Source: Escherichia phage moha. Taken from it: DNA of 64,000 nt. The notes below the pieces were generated by a model. That model ran no database searches, had not been told where the DNA came from, and saw only the letters and a list, made by a program, of their open reading frames with translations. This document shows, in pieces, positions 61,858 to 64,000 of this stretch; within the stretch, counting starts at the first letter, position 1; the number at the start of each line of letters is the position of its first letter. The translations under genes were made by a program, and so were the position numbers. The DNA lies in sequence record MN850590.1; one strand, 5' to 3'.

Positions 61858-62150
61858 GTATTGATTTAACTTTCCCTGGCCCTTATGACCAGGGTGAATT
61901 AGAAGCTTTATTATATCAAGAAATGTGCTCTCGTGCCAAGAACGATATTCAGTATGCTATCGATAATCCATGGGGCGAATTTCGAGTAATGATGGGTAAT
62001 CGAATCATCGGTGTCCAATGGCGATTCGTTGGCCTTGAGCCTGAGGACTATGAAGAAAACGAGCACGGTGACTGGATTCCTGTTGGTGAATATCACTGGG
62101 AATACGGTGGTCCTGATTTTGAAGTCTCTTGTTCATGGGTAGAACAATAA
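61854..62150 (+). CDS. hypothetical protein (98 aa)
   Basis: ATGA overlap with the nrdC stop. Confidence 0.5.
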   Translation: MSIDLTFPGPYDQGELEALLYQEMCSRAKNDIQYAIDNPWGEFRVMMGNRIIGVQWRFVGLEPEDYEENEHGDWIPVGEYHWEYGGPDFEVSCSWVEQ

Positions 62151-62168
62151 CCTGCTAGAAAATTTTAA

Positions 62169-62525
62169 ATGACATATTCATTAAATCTTAAAGATTTCCA
62201 AGATGTATACGAAGTTTGTGCCAATGAACTTGGTCCTGATGCTCCAACTATTATTGAAGTTTTAAATGTGCTCCCTTCATCATTAGCTTACGAAGCCAAA
62301 TCATGGGGATGGAACGACACTGTCGTTCGTGATGACCTTTACGTCCTGATGAACGACATGATGGTTAAAAAGGCAGAACCGGTTGCACCAATGGTTACCA
62401 TTACCGTTGAAGAATATAATCGCCTGCAAGCCATTGAAGAGCTTCTGTGGAACATTGAATGTGACCTGCCGTCAGGGCTAGAATCCTGGATTGATTATGA
62501 AGAGCTCAATAAACTCCGGGGTTAA
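62169..62525 (+). CDS. hypothetical protein (118 aa)
   Basis: ORF in the co-directional cluster. Confidence 0.5.
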   Translation: MTYSLNLKDFQDVYEVCANELGPDAPTIIEVLNVLPSSLAYEAKSWGWNDTVVRDDLYVLMNDMMVKKAEPVAPMVTITVEEYNRLQAIEELLWNIECDLPSGLESWIDYEELNKLRG

Positions 62526-62653
62526 GCCATGGTATTCGGCTCGATGGGAGACAGTCGAGCCAGACGTCGAAACAGTTTACAACGACGAAGAAACGTGTTA
62601 TGATGAACCTTCAATAAATGAATTAATTGATATGGAGATGGGAAGAGATTATT

Positions 62654-62824
62654 ATGCAAGTTAAATTATTGTACCGTTTATTAAAAAGTGGCGAACACGA
62701 TTGGTATTTGCTTATTAAAACCGATCCGAATTTTTTCTCTGGACAACCATTTACAGTTCGTCCTACTAAACGTCAGCTTCGCAAAGCTAAACGTTCTCAT
62801 CGTAACTTTTATAGAGAATATTGA
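62654..62824 (+). CDS. small basic protein, paralog A (56 aa)
   Basis: C-terminal ...FTVRPTKRQLRKAKRSHRNFYREY resembles the ORF at 63249. Confidence 0.4.
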   Translation: MQVKLLYRLLKSGEHDWYLLIKTDPNFFSGQPFTVRPTKRQLRKAKRSHRNFYREY

Positions 62825-62825
62825 T

Positions 62826-63239
62826 ATGAATATTTCTGAAACTCGCGGTAAATGGTTCAAGATTGTTAAAGAAGATGAAGAACTACAAGTCAAGTTTCCT
62901 GAATTAAAGAAAGATACGATCATCAAGGTAATTGGTACTACTACCGAAGATGGTTATGGCGACCATGGCATTATTGAAGTGATGTTGAACACAGGTGAGA
63001 AACTTTGCATCTATGACCGTGATACTTCTCTTTGGTGCTTCTGGGAATCCCATTCAATAGATGAACTCGAAGAAATTGACCAAGTAGTTTGTGATGGTGG
63101 ACTTGGCGAATTCGAAGGTGAACGTATTTCTTATGCTTTAGCTAAATTAGCCGCCCAAGAAAATAATGACGGTTATGAAGGTAATCTGATGCAAGCCGCA
63201 GCGGAATACATTGAATATTTAGAAAGACGTTTAAGTTAA
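62826..63239 (+). CDS. hypothetical acidic protein (137 aa)
   Basis: ATG adjacent to the upstream stop. Confidence 0.5.
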   Translation: MNISETRGKWFKIVKEDEELQVKFPELKKDTIIKVIGTTTEDGYGDHGIIEVMLNTGEKLCIYDRDTSLWCFWESHSIDELEEIDQVVCDGGLGEFEGERISYALAKLAAQENNDGYEGNLMQAAAEYIEYLERRLS

Positions 63240-63248
63240 AGGTTTATT

Positions 63249-63428
63249 ATGAAAACTGAACTATTTTATGGCGAAAGAACAAACGGCCAAAAATCCTGGA
63301 AATTTATTATGATTGGGGCTCCAAACAATCCGAACATGAGGACTTCAATCATTTCGGTAACACGTCCTACTAAAAGAATGATTCGACAGTATAAACGTTT
63401 TCATCGAGACTTTTATAACGTTTACTAA
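63249..63428 (+). CDS. small basic protein, paralog B (59 aa)
   Basis: C-terminal ...ISVTRPTKRMIRQYKRFHRDFYNVY; below the 60-aa ORF-track cutoff, found by manual translation. Confidence 0.4.
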   Translation: MKTELFYGERTNGQKSWKFIMIGAPNNPNMRTSIISVTRPTKRMIRQYKRFHRDFYNVY

Positions 63429-63430
63429 AT

Positions 63431-63462
63431 TATAAATACCCTTATCTATATATGGTAAGGGT
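63431..63462 (+). promoter_or_regulatory. gene 49 late promoter plus Shine-Dalgarno-sequestering hairpin
   Basis: TATAAATA at 63431-63438, immediately followed by ACCCTTA (63438-63444), which pairs with TAAGGGT (63456-63462) containing the Shine-Dalgarno. Confidence 0.7.
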
Positions 63463-63467
63463 TTATT

Positions 63468-63941
63468 ATGTTATTATCTGGCAAATTATACAAAGAAGAA
63501 AAACAAAAATTTTATGATGCACAGAATGGTAAGTGTCCTATTTGCCACCGTGAATTAGACTCTGATGTTCAAGGTAACCATCTTGACCACGACCACGAAT
63601 TAAACGGGCCAAAAGCCGGTAGAGTTCGTGGATTACTCTGTAATCTGTGCAACGCAGCAGAAGGCCAAATGAAGCATAAGTTCAATCGTTCCGGTCTTAA
63701 AGGACGTGATGTTGACTACCTCGAATGGCTTGAAGCTCTTCTTGCTTATTTGAAACAAGATTATTCTGATAATAATATCCATCCTAATTTTGTTCCAGAC
63801 AAAACTAAAGAGTTCTCAAGACTAGGTAAAGAGGAAATGATGGCTGAGATGCTTCAAAGAGGATTTGAATATAATGAATCTGACACCAAAACACAGTTAA
63901 TAGCTTCATTTAAGAAGCAACTTAGAAAGAGTTTAAAATGA
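63468..63941 (+). CDS. 49: endonuclease VII (Holliday junction resolvase)
   Basis: 157-aa ORF; translation MLLSGKLYKEEKQKFYDAQNGKCPICHRELDSDVQGNHLDHDHELNG... is near-identical to T4 gp49. Confidence 0.95.
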   Translation: MLLSGKLYKEEKQKFYDAQNGKCPICHRELDSDVQGNHLDHDHELNGPKAGRVRGLLCNLCNAAEGQMKHKFNRSGLKGRDVDYLEWLEALLAYLKQDYSDNNIHPNFVPDKTKEFSRLGKEEMMAEMLQRGFEYNESDTKTQLIASFKKQLRKSLK

Positions 63942-64000
63942 CAATTGAAAAAGAAATTGAAGGATTGATTCATAAAACTAATAAAGACCTTTTAAACGAG
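63938..64000 (+). CDS. hypothetical protein, 5' fragment (continues beyond the window)
   Basis: ATG overlapping the gene 49 stop (ATGA); only 21 codons visible. Confidence 0.3.
   Translation, partial: MTIEKEIEGLIHKTNKDLLNE

Overview
This window is a 64-kb segment of a T4-like (Tequatrovirus-type) myovirus genome, read in the opposite orientation to the usual T4 map. Positions 1-30.7 kb hold the late morphogenesis and packaging module on the minus strand in canonical T4 order (24, 23, 22, 21, 68, 67, 20, 19, 18, 17, 16, 15, 14, 13, wac, 12, 11, 10, 9, 8, 7, 6, 5.4, 5.1-like, 5, 53). ORF lengths are within a few residues of T4 for most of these, and TATAAATA late promoters and hairpin terminators sit at the expected junctions. 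Positions 30.8-34.6 kb carry plus-strand genes 4, 2, 3, 1, 57A, 57B and an ipI-like gene. Positions 34.6-64 kb are a plus-strand early region of many short ORFs, each preceded by a copy of a sigma70-like early promoter (GTTTAC, 17-18 bp, TG-n-TATAGT/TACTAT) and a GGAG Shine-Dalgarno. Recognisable landmarks there are two tRNAs (CAT and TCT anticodons), nudE, e (lysozyme), denV, regB, tk, rI, nrdC and 49. The accessory content worth follow-up is: five internal-protein genes carrying the MKTYxEF capsid-targeting leader, a macro-domain ORF, a nucleotidyltransferase-fold ORF next to a Walker A/B ATPase, a secreted SLT-like transglycosylase, a GrcA-like glycyl-radical protein whose 3' half has host-like codon usage, two paralogous small-gene families, repeated promoter/stem-loop cassettes, and a roughly 300-nt structured non-coding region next to the tRNAs. 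No CRISPR array, rRNA, integrase or transposase was seen. All protein identities are from reading the translations and from memory of T4 proteins; no database search was run.
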